The translations under genes were made by a program, and so were the position numbers. A stretch of DNA of 64,000 nucleotides from an uncultured archaeon (lineage in GTDB: Archaea > Iainarchaeota > Iainarchaeia > Iainarchaeales > 1-14-0-10-31-34). Shown here piece by piece: positions 18,255-28,269 of this stretch. A model generated the notes under the pieces. It was given only the letters and a program-made list of their open reading frames with translations. It searched no databases and was not told the origin of the DNA. Location of the stretch: NCBI GenBank assembly GCA_964608675.1, contig CAZSOZ010000001.1:32001-96000 (forward strand), written 5' to 3'. The first letter of the stretch is position 1. The number at the start of each line of letters is the position of its first letter.

Positions 18255-18445
18255 TCAGGAACATCTTTTTTCGGTTTATTCAATACTACTAAAGAAAAAA
18301 ACCACCCGCCAACAAAAACTATTGTCATCTGCATGAATTGACTTGAATTATAATAAAAAGCAATAAACACTAAAAACCAAATTAAAGTTAATGCAGCAGT
18401 TCTCTTTTCATAGTTTGAGCGAACAAAAGGAATCCTTAAATTCAT
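18251..18445 (-). CDS. Small two-TM hypothetical protein
   Basis: 64 aa from ATG 18445; two hydrophobic stretches. Confidence 0.55.
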   Translation of the reverse strand: MNLRIPFVRSNYEKRTAALTLIWFLVFIAFYYNSSQFMQMTIVFVGGWFFSLVVLNKPKKDVPE

Positions 18446-18481
18446 GCTAAAATAAAGGAACAAACTGATTAATAAATTTAT

Positions 18482-19471
18482 TCAAGCTCCTTTTGGAAGA
18501 ACCATAACCAAAAAAAACAAGTATAATAAAATCAGAGCAATTCCTTCTGATTTTTTTATCTGCAAATCACTCCAAGCAAACAATAAAAAAATTGCAGTCA
18601 AAATCAAAAGAAAGGGGCCGAGCAAAAAAATAGTGTACTCTGAAACAATTAAAGGACTAACCAAAGAAGAAAATCCTCCTACAAAAAGAATATTTAAAAT
18701 ATTGCTTCCAACAATGTTTCCTATTAACATGTTATGAAAGCCTTTGTTTAAGGAAATTATTGAAACCACTAATTCAGGAAGAGAAGTTCCTAAAGCAATC
18801 AAAGTTAATCCCACAAAAGTTTCAGTTAAACCAAAAAAGCCTGCAATATTCAACGCAGAATCCAAAACAAAATTTGCTCCAAAATACAATCCTGCAATAG
18901 AAATCAAAAAAACAAGAGTTTCTCCAATTAAAATTTTCTTAAAGTTTTCTTTTACTAAATGAAGAAAATGCCTGAAATTAGATAAATGCTCTGTATATAA
19001 TTTTACTTTAAATAATTCCTTGAACTGCATTCTAAACCTGAACATAAAAAAAATGTAAGCCAAAAACAAAAAAATCAGCAGAAGGGAATCAGAAAAAGAA
19101 ATAATAAAGTCAGACAAAAGAATATAAAAAAGAATTGTTGTTCCCATCAAAACATAGCATTCTCTTTCAAACAATCTTTTTTCTATTTTAAGAGTATGAA
19201 AAATTGCAGAAATCCCCAAAACCAAAGCAAGGTTGGAAATATTGCTTCCAATAATGTTTCCAATAACAATTCCCGGATTATTGTTCCAGGAAGCAACTAA
19301 GCCTGAAGCAAACTCCGGCAGAGAAGTTCCCACAGAAACAATAGTTAACCCAATAACTAATTCTGATACCCCAAAAATTTTAGCTAAACGGGAAGCAGAA
19401 ACAACAAACAAATCGCTGGATTTCACTAACAAAAAAACTCCTAAAATAAACAAAGCAAAAAATTCAATCAT
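18482..19471 (-). CDS. Calcium/sodium antiporter (CaCA, YrbG-like)
   Basis: Two alpha-repeats GTSLPE...GNIIGSN and GTSLPE...GNIVGSN. Confidence 0.93.
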   Translation of the reverse strand: MIEFFALFILGVFLLVKSSDLFVVSASRLAKIFGVSELVIGLTIVSVGTSLPEFASGLVASWNNNPGIVIGNIIGSNISNLALVLGISAIFHTLKIEKRLFERECYVLMGTTILFYILLSDFIISFSDSLLLIFLFLAYIFFMFRFRMQFKELFKVKLYTEHLSNFRHFLHLVKENFKKILIGETLVFLISIAGLYFGANFVLDSALNIAGFFGLTETFVGLTLIALGTSLPELVVSIISLNKGFHNMLIGNIVGSNILNILFVGGFSSLVSPLIVSEYTIFLLGPFLLILTAIFLLFAWSDLQIKKSEGIALILLYLFFLVMVLPKGA

Positions 19472-19514
19472 GCTTTAATAAAAACAGCAAAGAAATATAA
19501 AAGCATTAAGTTAA

Positions 19515-20261
19515 TTAACTTGATTCAATTCTTGGAGCCAAAAAATATTCTAAAACTGCTTTGCCTATTCCATAAGTTATTTTAACAGGAGCATTGCTCT
19601 TCAAAGACAATTCAACTTCAGTGTCAGCTGAAGCAGACTTCATCATATCCTGCAGGTAATCTAAAGGAAACATTGCAAAGCATTCTTTTTTTGCATTTAA
19701 TTCCTTTAAGTTTTTGTCGTCTTTGGTTATTTCATTAACTGATTCTCCTTTAGATGAACTTGATTTAATAAAAAAGTTTTTTGAAGTAACCCCTAAAGTG
19801 ACATGAGTTGAAACCAAAGAAGAATCCTTTAATCCGTCCTGAATTAAATTTGCTTTTGCTTTAATTACTGCATCAAATTCAACTTTTGGAGTAGGCAGGT
19901 CAGCAGAAGAAACATCAATTAAAGGAACAGAAAAATTTCTGATTGAACCAGCCTGAAACTGAATTTTAAGTCTTGATTCTTTTTCATTTAATTCCAATAA
20001 AAGTTTTTCTCCTGACTTGCTTCTGTTCATTACCTGGCTTAAATAATCCAAATCAATTCCAATTTTGGTTTCTGATTCAATTTCATATTCAGAAAAAGCT
20101 TCCTTTGGCATTTTAAAATCAATCATTGAAATCTGGCTTGGATCAGTTGCCTTTAATTTTAATCCGTCTTTTGAAATAATTAATTCTGCTTCATCAATTA
20201 AAACAGAAATAGCATCAACTGCTTTCTTGAATTCTACTGCATTATCTAAAACTAACTTCAT
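19515..20261 (-). CDS. pcn: PCNA sliding clamp, canonical-looking paralog
   Basis: KATDPSQISMID, IGIDL, FSVPLID, FPLDYL, NAPVKITY, YFLAPRIE; SD AGGTGA. Confidence 0.93.
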   Translation of the reverse strand: MKLVLDNAVEFKKAVDAISVLIDEAELIISKDGLKLKATDPSQISMIDFKMPKEAFSEYEIESETKIGIDLDYLSQVMNRSKSGEKLLLELNEKESRLKIQFQAGSIRNFSVPLIDVSSADLPTPKVEFDAVIKAKANLIQDGLKDSSLVSTHVTLGVTSKNFFIKSSSSKGESVNEITKDDKNLKELNAKKECFAMFPLDYLQDMMKSASADTEVELSLKSNAPVKITYGIGKAVLEYFLAPRIESS

Positions 20262-20336
20262 TTATTCACCTTTCATTTTTTTTTCTTTTAAAAAACTAAG
20301 AAGAGAATATAATTTAAATATTATGAGCAGTAAAAG

Positions 20337-21155
20337 CTAACACAAACCATAAAAATCAGAAGGAAGGCTGCCGGTTAAAATAAGAGAAGGAAGATTATCA
20401 AAAACCCAGATTTTAAGGCATCCTACTGCAGGAATTCTTAAAATTTGTTTTCCTATCACTTGGTTTTCAGGAACAGGTTTCTTTGTAATGCAGGCAACAT
20501 AAATTGTCTGGCCTGAAGGAAGATTCAAAGGAACACACTGCTGGTCAATTGAAGGATTAGCGTCTCCTTTAGTTAAAAGAAATACTCCGTCAACAGCAAT
20601 AATTCTTGCTATTGCACGATGAATTATTTCTTTATTTGAATACTCAGAATAATAAACAATAATGTCTCCTTCTTCAGCCACAGGAATTATTTGATTGTTT
20701 ATTTCCAGTTGTTCTGCTTTATTTATTTCAACTACAATTTGGCTGGTTAAAGGATCAATATATTTTTCCACTGGCTCAGGAAAAGTTTCTCCATACTCTA
20801 AATACATTTTTCCTTGAAGGCTTTTGTCGTAATTTACTTCAACTGCATTAATTTTTTCTGCACCATACAAAACAATTATGTCTCCTCGAAAAATTTCAGG
20901 AACCATTGAAGCACTGGAAACAATCACCATAGGAGAACTAGTGTTTAATAAAAAACCTAAAATTGAATACAAAAGAAAAGCAAAAATTAAAGCAGAAAAA
21001 ATGTAAACAATTGAATCAATTGCTTCATCAGCAAAACTTGAATTAGGTTTTTTTGGATGAACTTTGTTTAAAACAATATCAACATAAGTGAAAGGGTCAA
21101 TCCATTTCAAAAAAGAAAGTTTTTTTTTAAAAGAATTATATTTTTCTTTTATCAT
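20337..21155 (-). CDS. Archaeal signal peptidase I (S26/Sec11-type)
   Basis: TM followed by VSSASMVPEIFRGDII, GDIIVY, IIHR, TKGDAN. Confidence 0.85.
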   Translation of the reverse strand: MIKEKYNSFKKKLSFLKWIDPFTYVDIVLNKVHPKKPNSSFADEAIDSIVYIFSALIFAFLLYSILGFLLNTSSPMVIVSSASMVPEIFRGDIIVLYGAEKINAVEVNYDKSLQGKMYLEYGETFPEPVEKYIDPLTSQIVVEINKAEQLEINNQIIPVAEEGDIIVYYSEYSNKEIIHRAIARIIAVDGVFLLTKGDANPSIDQQCVPLNLPSGQTIYVACITKKPVPENQVIGKQILRIPAVGCLKIWVFDNLPSLILTGSLPSDFYGLC

Positions 21156-21165
21156 TTAAACCAAA

Positions 21166-21441
21166 TCATTTAAGGGTTTTTTTTACTGCTTTAGTGAATT
21201 CATCTAAATCCAAGTCAATTGATTTTAATGCATCCAATAAAACTTTTCTTGGGTTCTTTGATTTGGTTCTTAAAACAAAAACTGAATCCTGATCCATAGG
21301 ATGATTTAATTTGTATGCAACAAATTCTGCTTCTTTTTCTTCCAACAACTTTGATTTCAGTAAATTAGGAAGAGTGTGCCTTTCTCCTTTAATTATGAAT
21401 TCAAACAAATTCTTTTCTTCTTTTAATACTTCTATCTCCAT
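21166..21441 (-). CDS. rpoL: DNA-directed RNA polymerase subunit L (Rpo11)
   Basis: GERHTLPNLL, AYKLNHP. Confidence 0.93.
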   Translation of the reverse strand: MEIEVLKEEKNLFEFIIKGERHTLPNLLKSKLLEEKEAEFVAYKLNHPMDQDSVFVLRTKSKNPRKVLLDALKSIDLDLDEFTKAVKKTLK

Positions 21442-21450
21442 TCAAGCACC

Positions 21451-22005
21451 TCATTTAAATTCTCTTGAAAGCTTTCTTCTTTCAACTGAACCACATTTAG
21501 GGCATTTTAAAGTTCTTTCATATAATTCAAGAGGATTTCTGCATTTAGAGCAAAAAGCCTTTATAACACCTAATTCAGGATACTGTGTTGTTACATCAAT
21601 TCCAAATTTATTTAATTTAATTACTTTGGCTTTAACTATGTCTCCTATTTTGAACATGTCTCTTAAAAATTTAATGTGCTCTCTTGCAACATTTGCAATC
21701 ATTAACTGAGCATTAGAAAAAGCCGCAATCTGCTCTTTTCCGTTTTTTTCAATTGCAAGAATATTCAAGACAACAACAGGGTCTTTAATTAAAAAAACCT
21801 GTGCAGTTATAATGCTTCCTAATTCAATTTTGTTCATTGAAATAAGAGAGTTAACTGAAACCACTCTTTCTTTTTCATCTAATTCCTTTAATCCCACAAC
21901 AGCAGAATAAATGTTTCCTTCATTGTCCTCGAAAGTATTTTTTCCAGACATGAATTCTTCTTCAACGCTTAAAAAATCTCCTGGCACAACAGTTTCTTTG
22001 CTCAA
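21451..22005 (-). CDS. csl4: Exosome RNA-binding subunit Csl4
   Basis: VVPGDFL..EEEF, S1 domain FKIGDIVKAKV, LGVIKAFCSKC...CPKCG.VERRKLS. Confidence 0.93.
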   Translation of the reverse strand: MSKETVVPGDFLSVEEEFMSGKNTFEDNEGNIYSAVVGLKELDEKERVVSVNSLISMNKIELGSIITAQVFLIKDPVVVLNILAIEKNGKEQIAAFSNAQLMIANVAREHIKFLRDMFKIGDIVKAKVIKLNKFGIDVTTQYPELGVIKAFCSKCRNPLELYERTLKCPKCGSVERRKLSREFK

Positions 22006-22090
22006 TCAAATCACTTCAAAAAATAAAAAAAGAGTTATATTAATAAAGAAAGAAAACCTATTTAAAACAGTAAGAAAAGAGGCTTTATTT

Positions 22091-22969
22091 ATGGTTTTAG
22101 AGTCAATTGTAAGCGGAACTGAAGCAAGAAAACATCCTTTAGTTATGATGTTTCTGGCAGCAATTCTTGCAAGCATTGGAATATGGGCAAGCTATATTCT
22201 TTTTCCTTCAAGTGCAAGCATTTTAAGCATAGGGTTTATTACAATAGGAATTGTTCCAATTTTGTATACTGTTTTTATTTTAGAGGAAGCAGAAGAAGCA
22301 GCAGAAGAAAAAAACTGTATTTCATTTATTTCACGGCATTTTGATGTAATAAAAATTTATTCATGGTTTTTTATTGGATTAGTTTTAACTTACAGTTTGT
22401 GGTATGTTGCTCTTCCAATAGAAGAAAGAAACACTGTATTCAAAGAACAAAACAAAGTAATAAACGATATTAGCAACTTAAGAGAAAATTTAACTGGAAA
22501 TTTTGCCGGACCAAATATTGTCTGCGGACAAAAAATTGAATGCTGGTTCAACGTAATCTTTCAAAACAACCTTCAAGTACTGTTTTGGGCAGTTGTTTTA
22601 TCCTTGGTTTACGGAGTAGGAGCAATGTTTTTAATTGCATGGAATGCTTCAGTAATAGGCGCATTAATCGGCCAAACAACTTTAGAGTTAGTGGGAAACT
22701 ATATTTCTTTATGGCCGTTTGAATACATTATAGCTTATTTTCATGCATTAATTAAATCCTTTGGATTAATTCCTCACGGCTTATTCGAAGTAATAGGATA
22801 CTTTATTGGAGCAATAGCAGGAGCATTAATTTCAATTGTTGTAACCAAAGGCCATTACAGAAAACACGAAATACAGCAGTTGGTAAAAGATTCAATTGCA
22901 TTGGTTTTTCTTGCAGTAATACTGCTTTTTATTGGAGCAGTAATTGAAGCATTACTGATTGCAGGATAA
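22091..22969 (+). CDS. SpoIIM/DUF95-family membrane protein
   Basis: IFQNNLQV, WNASVIG, IPHGLFEVIGY, GAVIEA; likely start ATG 22091. Confidence 0.8.
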   Translation: MVLESIVSGTEARKHPLVMMFLAAILASIGIWASYILFPSSASILSIGFITIGIVPILYTVFILEEAEEAAEEKNCISFISRHFDVIKIYSWFFIGLVLTYSLWYVALPIEERNTVFKEQNKVINDISNLRENLTGNFAGPNIVCGQKIECWFNVIFQNNLQVLFWAVVLSLVYGVGAMFLIAWNASVIGALIGQTTLELVGNYISLWPFEYIIAYFHALIKSFGLIPHGLFEVIGYFIGAIAGALISIVVTKGHYRKHEIQQLVKDSIALVFLAVILLFIGAVIEALLIAG

Positions 22970-22973
22970 AAAA

Positions 22974-23954
22974 TTATTTTTTTTTGTTTTTCTTTTTTGA
23001 TTTTCCCTTTAAATAAGAATCAATCATGTCAGGAGTAACTCCAATAGAAGAAAAATCAATTGAATCTTTTTTTCCTGAAACTCTTTGACTTAAAGATTCA
23101 GCAAACTTTGAAAGTTCCATGGGAAAAATAATTTTAGTGCTTTTTCCGTCAGCCATTTTTTCCAAAGCAGTAATATAATAATAAGCAAGAGTTTTATCGC
23201 TTAATTTATCTGAAGCAGACTTAATTGCTTCAATACGATATTTTGTTCCTTCTGCTTGTTCAAATTCTCCTAATTTCATTTGCTCTGCTGCTTTTTGTGC
23301 ATGCATTGCCTCAATTATTTCTTTAGGAATAACAATGTTAGTTATTTCAACTGCTTCAACTTTAACTCCCCATTCAATTGCAACTTCCTCTAATTTTCTT
23401 TTTACTTCTGCATTCAACAAAGCAATATTTGAAATAACACTGGATAAATCCATTGAACCAATTACATCCCTGATTGTTGCCCTGACATACAGTCTTGCAG
23501 CATTCTTATAGTCGTCAATTTCAATAACAGAATTAATCACAGAATTCTTGGATTTATCAATAAACAAATAAATAACTGCATCAACTGTAAGCCTGATTTT
23601 ATCTGTAGTGATTACTTCCTGAGGAGGAATATCAATTGTTTGAGTTCTTAAATCAACTAAAACATAAGATTGAATTAAAGGAACCACAAAAGTCCAGCCA
23701 GGTCCTCCAACCCTTGTAACTCTTCCTAAAGTAAAAATTACTGCTCTTTCATATTCCTTTAAAGTCAGCAAAAAATCATACTGTCTTACAAGAAAAGCCA
23801 GCAAAAGAAAAACAAACAATACTCCCAACCAAATAAGAAATTCATCTTGTTGAGTATAAGCCAGCCAGATTAAAGCAACAAAAATTATGAAAACAAAAAG
23901 AAAAACATACTGTTTTATTTTATAGCTTTCAGTTTTTCCGAATCTTTTAGCCAT
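22974..23954 (-). CDS. SPFH/band-7 (stomatin-like) protein
   Basis: EYERAVIFTLGR, GPG, VDLRTQTIDIPPQEVITTD, WGVKVEAVEI, TKIIFPME. Confidence 0.92.
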   Translation of the reverse strand: MAKRFGKTESYKIKQYVFLFVFIIFVALIWLAYTQQDEFLIWLGVLFVFLLLAFLVRQYDFLLTLKEYERAVIFTLGRVTRVGGPGWTFVVPLIQSYVLVDLRTQTIDIPPQEVITTDKIRLTVDAVIYLFIDKSKNSVINSVIEIDDYKNAARLYVRATIRDVIGSMDLSSVISNIALLNAEVKRKLEEVAIEWGVKVEAVEITNIVIPKEIIEAMHAQKAAEQMKLGEFEQAEGTKYRIEAIKSASDKLSDKTLAYYYITALEKMADGKSTKIIFPMELSKFAESLSQRVSGKKDSIDFSSIGVTPDMIDSYLKGKSKKKNKKK

Positions 23955-24063
23955 TATAAAACCTTAAATTGCTTTTTATATATAAATATAGACAGTAAAG
24001 ACATATATTAAACTTAGGCATATTTTTAAATATAAAACAATCAAATTAAAGGGAAACAAAAAA

Positions 24064-25284
24064 ATGAAAGCAAAAAAAGTAATGGTTGTCTGTGTAGACA
24101 GAGACAATGACTTAGGAAGAAAAGCACAAGTTAACGGTCCAATCATAGGAAGAAAAAATAATTTGAATGCTGCAGCAAAACTTGGAATAGCTGACCCAGG
24201 AGAAAGCGATGTAAACTGCATTTTTGGTGCAATAAGAAAATTTGATGAAATAAAAAAATTTTATTCAGAAGTAGAAATTGTAACTCTTACAGGAATAGGA
24301 AAACAAGAATTTGAATCAGACAAAGAAATAAACGAACAATTAGATAAAGTTTTAGAAGACTTTCCTGCTGACGCTTTTGTTTTGGTTACAGACGGAGCAG
24401 AAGACGATCAAGTAATTCCAATTCTTCAGTCAAGAGCAAAAATAATGTCAAAAGAAACAATAATAGTAAAACAAGCTTCACAGGTTGAAAGCACTTACTA
24501 TACAATAAAAGAAGCATTAAAGGATCCTTTTCTTGCAAGAATTGTTTTTGGTGTTCCGGGAATAATTTTAATTTTGTTTTATTTGTTTGGAGGATTCAGT
24601 TTCCAAATAATTTCTTTAGTTTTAGGCTTTTATCTTTTATTAAAAGGATTTGGAATAGAAGAAAAAATTATTTCAACTACAAGAGATTTCATAAAAAATA
24701 TTTCTATTTCAAGAGCAAGCTTTATTTTTTATATTGGAAGCCTTTTCATTTTTTCTTTTGGCTTGTATCAAGTTTATAATGCATTCATTGAAAGCATGCA
24801 GACAGACTTGTTTTTGAAAAGCATTTCTGCAGTACAACAAGCATACTTTGTTTTCTTGTTTTTGTTTCCTGTTTCGTTTTTAATTGGAAAAAGCATTGAC
24901 GCAGTTCACTTCAAAAAAGCATTTAATTTAAGGAATTATTTTTTGTATGCAATATCAACTGTTTTGTTATGGTTTATTTTAGATTCAGGGACATTGGTTT
25001 TAACAGGACAGGCTGACCTGCTTTGGTTTATTTTAAGCATGGGAACAAGCTTTATTATATTAATGATTGCCTACAAGTTGAGTTCAGTTTTTGATGTAAG
25101 AAAAAAAGTCAGTGAATTATTATTAGGGCTTCCTGTTTACTCTCAGGGAAAATTTGTAGGCAGAGTTGAAAAAGTTAATGCAAAAGAAAAAAGCATTTTC
25201 TTTAAAGGAAAAACTGCAGAAGAACTAAATAAACTTACTAAAACAAAATTCAAAATAAAAAAAGGAAAAATAATAGTAAGTTAA
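24064..25284 (+). CDS. DUF373-family archaeal membrane protein
   Basis: VCVDRDNDLGRK, DPGESDVN, VTDGAEDD, FGVPG; short PRC-barrel-like C-terminus. Confidence 0.85.
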   Translation: MKAKKVMVVCVDRDNDLGRKAQVNGPIIGRKNNLNAAAKLGIADPGESDVNCIFGAIRKFDEIKKFYSEVEIVTLTGIGKQEFESDKEINEQLDKVLEDFPADAFVLVTDGAEDDQVIPILQSRAKIMSKETIIVKQASQVESTYYTIKEALKDPFLARIVFGVPGIILILFYLFGGFSFQIISLVLGFYLLLKGFGIEEKIISTTRDFIKNISISRASFIFYIGSLFIFSFGLYQVYNAFIESMQTDLFLKSISAVQQAYFVFLFLFPVSFLIGKSIDAVHFKKAFNLRNYFLYAISTVLLWFILDSGTLVLTGQADLLWFILSMGTSFIILMIAYKLSSVFDVRKKVSELLLGLPVYSQGKFVGRVEKVNAKEKSIFFKGKTAEELNKLTKTKFKIKKGKIIVS

Positions 25285-25328
25285 CCAGTTTTTTATTGCT
25301 TTTTTGAATCCCTTTCTTTAAAAAGTTA

Positions 25329-27272
25329 TTATTTCAATTTCGTTTTTGATACAACTTTTTTTAAAAATTGTTTTGGCAGTTCCAAATTCAATATTCTTTC
25401 CAAATCTTTCAGCATCTTATTTTTTCCGTAACCTTTTTCAAAAGCATTATTTAATACATCGCTTAAAGTTGAAACAGGAATTATTTGAATTTTACTTTTT
25501 TCTTTTTTTGTTAAAATTATATCAGGAAAATTTGCTTTTGGAACAATAACCTGCTTGAAGCCTGCAGTGATTGCAGCAGAAATTTTTGCTGTCACGCCTC
25601 CTATAGGAAGGACTTCTCCTCTGACACTTAAAGAACCAGTCATTGCAAGAGATTGCTTGATTGGAATTTTTTCTAAAGCAGAAATTACTGCAGTGGCAAC
25701 TGAAACAGAAGCAGAATCCCCTTCAACGCCGGAATAAGTCTGCAAAAACTGAATATGCAAATCATAAGTGGAAATGTCTTTTCCGCTTATTCTTTTAATT
25801 ATTGCAGAAACATTTTGTACGGCTTCTTTTGCTATTTCTCCCAGTTTTCCTGTTGCAATAATTCTTCCTTCAGCAGAACTTTGTGCAGGAGCAACTTCTG
25901 CTTCAATTGGCAGAATCATTCCTGCGTCTCCGTCAGCAGAAACCGCCAAACCATTAACTCTTCCGATTGCTGAACCTTCATTTAAGAAAACATCATAACC
26001 TTTTCTTTCTTCAAGCATTTGCTTTACCATCTGCTGTTCCAGAGTTTTTGCACTGGTTTTTGCTTCAAAAACATCTTCTTCTTCAACTAATTTGTGGCTT
26101 TTTTCTATTGCAATATCTCCTGCTGCACGAATTAATCCCCCTAAATCCCTTAACTTTAAAGTTAAATTATTTTTTTTTCCTGCCCTTCTTTTTGCTTCAA
26201 AAATAATTACTTCAACTGCCTTCTTGGAAAAATGAGGTATTTTTGCGTCTTTTTTTACTTCCTGTGCAACAAACTGAACGATTTTGTTTCTGTTTTCCTG
26301 TGTATCAGGCATATCAAGATTCATATAAAGTTCATAACCATAACCCCTTATTCTTGAACGCAAAGCAGGATGAACTTTCTGAAGATCCTCGTAATTTCCT
26401 GCTGCAACCAAAACAAAATTAGTTGGACTTGCTTCAGTTCTTGTCATTGCCCCAGAACTTAATTCACTTTGACCTGTAATTGAATATTTTTTTTCCTGCA
26501 TTGCAGTCAATAATTCCTGCTGGGATTTCTGTGAAAGAGTTGCAATTTCATCTATAAACAAAACGCCTTCGTTAGTTTTATGAATATAACCAGGTTCAAC
26601 ACGCAGATGAGGAGGGGTTCCAAGACCGCCTGACTGAAGAGGATCATGCCTTACATCCCCCAATAAAGCTCCTGCTCTTGCTCCTGTTGCTTCAACAAAA
26701 GGAGCAATTTTTTTTACTGAATTGTTAATCAAAAGTTTTGGGACATCGTTTTCGCTTTTAGTTCTGATTTGAGAGCCTAAAGCAAAGCCCACTAAAATGA
26801 ATCCTCCTAAAATCAATAAAGCAGCAAAAGTTATTTCTCCAATAAAACCAAAATGAAACATGATTGAAGCTAAAATAAACCAGCCTAAAGGAAGAATGAA
26901 TCCAAGCATTCTTGAACCGCTTTCTTTCTGATTCTGATTTAATGTTGCTTGTTCAACAATTTTTGTTCCTTCTCCTGCACGAACAACCCTTATTTTTGGA
27001 TTATTTGGATCAGATTTATTTGGATAAACAAGTATATCACTTAATTTTCCTATTGGAAGAATTTCAGACAAAGCTTGTGCAAGCATTGATTTTCCTGTCC
27101 CAGGAAGCCCTACTAAAAGAATGTTTCTTTTTTGTGCTGCTGCTTTCTTTATTATTTGAACTGATTTTTCCTGTCCTATTACTTGTTCAATAAGCTTTTT
27201 TGGGACATCAATTTCTTCAGTTGACTTAAAATTCAATTCTTTTGATTTATTTTTAACTGCTTTTTTTTTCAT
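25329..27272 (-). CDS. lonB: Membrane-anchored ATP-dependent protease LonB
   Basis: GLPGTGKS, two TM helices in the AAA domain, LFIDEI, HPALRSR, EGDSAS and GGVTAK Ser-Lys dyad. Confidence 0.96.
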   Translation of the reverse strand: MKKKAVKNKSKELNFKSTEEIDVPKKLIEQVIGQEKSVQIIKKAAAQKRNILLVGLPGTGKSMLAQALSEILPIGKLSDILVYPNKSDPNNPKIRVVRAGEGTKIVEQATLNQNQKESGSRMLGFILPLGWFILASIMFHFGFIGEITFAALLILGGFILVGFALGSQIRTKSENDVPKLLINNSVKKIAPFVEATGARAGALLGDVRHDPLQSGGLGTPPHLRVEPGYIHKTNEGVLFIDEIATLSQKSQQELLTAMQEKKYSITGQSELSSGAMTRTEASPTNFVLVAAGNYEDLQKVHPALRSRIRGYGYELYMNLDMPDTQENRNKIVQFVAQEVKKDAKIPHFSKKAVEVIIFEAKRRAGKKNNLTLKLRDLGGLIRAAGDIAIEKSHKLVEEEDVFEAKTSAKTLEQQMVKQMLEERKGYDVFLNEGSAIGRVNGLAVSADGDAGMILPIEAEVAPAQSSAEGRIIATGKLGEIAKEAVQNVSAIIKRISGKDISTYDLHIQFLQTYSGVEGDSASVSVATAVISALEKIPIKQSLAMTGSLSVRGEVLPIGGVTAKISAAITAGFKQVIVPKANFPDIILTKKEKSKIQIIPVSTLSDVLNNAFEKGYGKNKMLKDLERILNLELPKQFLKKVVSKTKLK

Positions 27273-27360
27273 AAAAAAAACCTTTTTTAAAAAACTCTCT
27301 TTAATAAATTATTGGAGTGTCATGTATTAAAATATTAATTACTTTATTAGGTTTTTTAGT

Positions 27361-28263
27361 ATGAAATTAATTATATTAGGAACAAGCGCTTCAACGCCTT
27401 CAAAGGAAAGAAATTTAAGTGCAGTAATGATAAATTTTGACGGATTAAATTATTTGTTTGACTGTCCAGAAGGAACTCAAAGGCAGTTAATGAAAGCAAA
27501 AGCATCTTATATGAAAATTCATGCGATTTTTTTGAGTCATTATCATGGAGACCACATTTTAGGTTTGCCTGGATTGCTGGCTACAATGTCCATGCATCAA
27601 AGAGATTATCCTCTGATTGTATTCGGCCCCAAAGGAATAAAAGAAAAAATAAAACAGGCATTGGATTTAAGTTTACTAAAAGTAAATTTTGAAGTAAAAG
27701 GAATTGAAACAAGACAGGGAAAAATATTTGAAGAAGAAAAATTTTTTGTTGAAGCATTCAAGTTAAATCATGAAATTCCCTGTTATGGATATGTATTCAA
27801 AGAAAAAGATTCACTGGGAAAATTTCAAAGAGAAAAAGCATTAAAATTAGGCATTCCTGAAGGACCTTTATGGAGCGAACTCCAGAAAGGAAAAAAAATA
27901 AAAACAGGAAAAAAAGTTTTTAAGCCTGAAGATGTATTAGATGAAAGCAAAAAAAAAACAGGAAAAAAAATTTCAATTGTGTTTGACACTTTGCCGAATA
28001 AAAGTTATTTAAATAAAATAAAAGAATCAGATGTTTTAGTTCACGAAAGCACTTTTCTTGAAAAATTAAAGGAAAGAGCAAAAGAAACAAGGCATTCAAC
28101 TGCAAAACAAGCAGGAAGAACTGCAGAAAAAGCAAACGTAAAAAAACTGGTTTTATTTCATTTCAGTCCAAGACACAAAGAAACAGAAAAATTTGACATT
28201 GAAGCAAGAGAATTTTTTGGAAACGTGATTGCAGCAAAAGATTTAGATGAAATTGAAGTCTGA
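27361..28263 (+). CDS. rnz: Ribonuclease Z
   Basis: LGTSAS.P, FDCPEGTQRQ, SHYHGDH, GIPEGP exosite, HESTF, HST, HFSPR. Confidence 0.95.
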   Translation: MKLIILGTSASTPSKERNLSAVMINFDGLNYLFDCPEGTQRQLMKAKASYMKIHAIFLSHYHGDHILGLPGLLATMSMHQRDYPLIVFGPKGIKEKIKQALDLSLLKVNFEVKGIETRQGKIFEEEKFFVEAFKLNHEIPCYGYVFKEKDSLGKFQREKALKLGIPEGPLWSELQKGKKIKTGKKVFKPEDVLDESKKKTGKKISIVFDTLPNKSYLNKIKESDVLVHESTFLEKLKERAKETRHSTAKQAGRTAEKANVKKLVLFHFSPRHKETEKFDIEAREFFGNVIAAKDLDEIEV

Positions 28264-28269
28264 TTTAAA

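Noticed and set aside
21911-22090. N-terminal extension of the SpoIIM-like ORF given in the track
   Set aside because: Overlaps csl4 on the opposite strand and the divergent promoter; ATG 22091 lies about 25 nt below a TTTAAA box.
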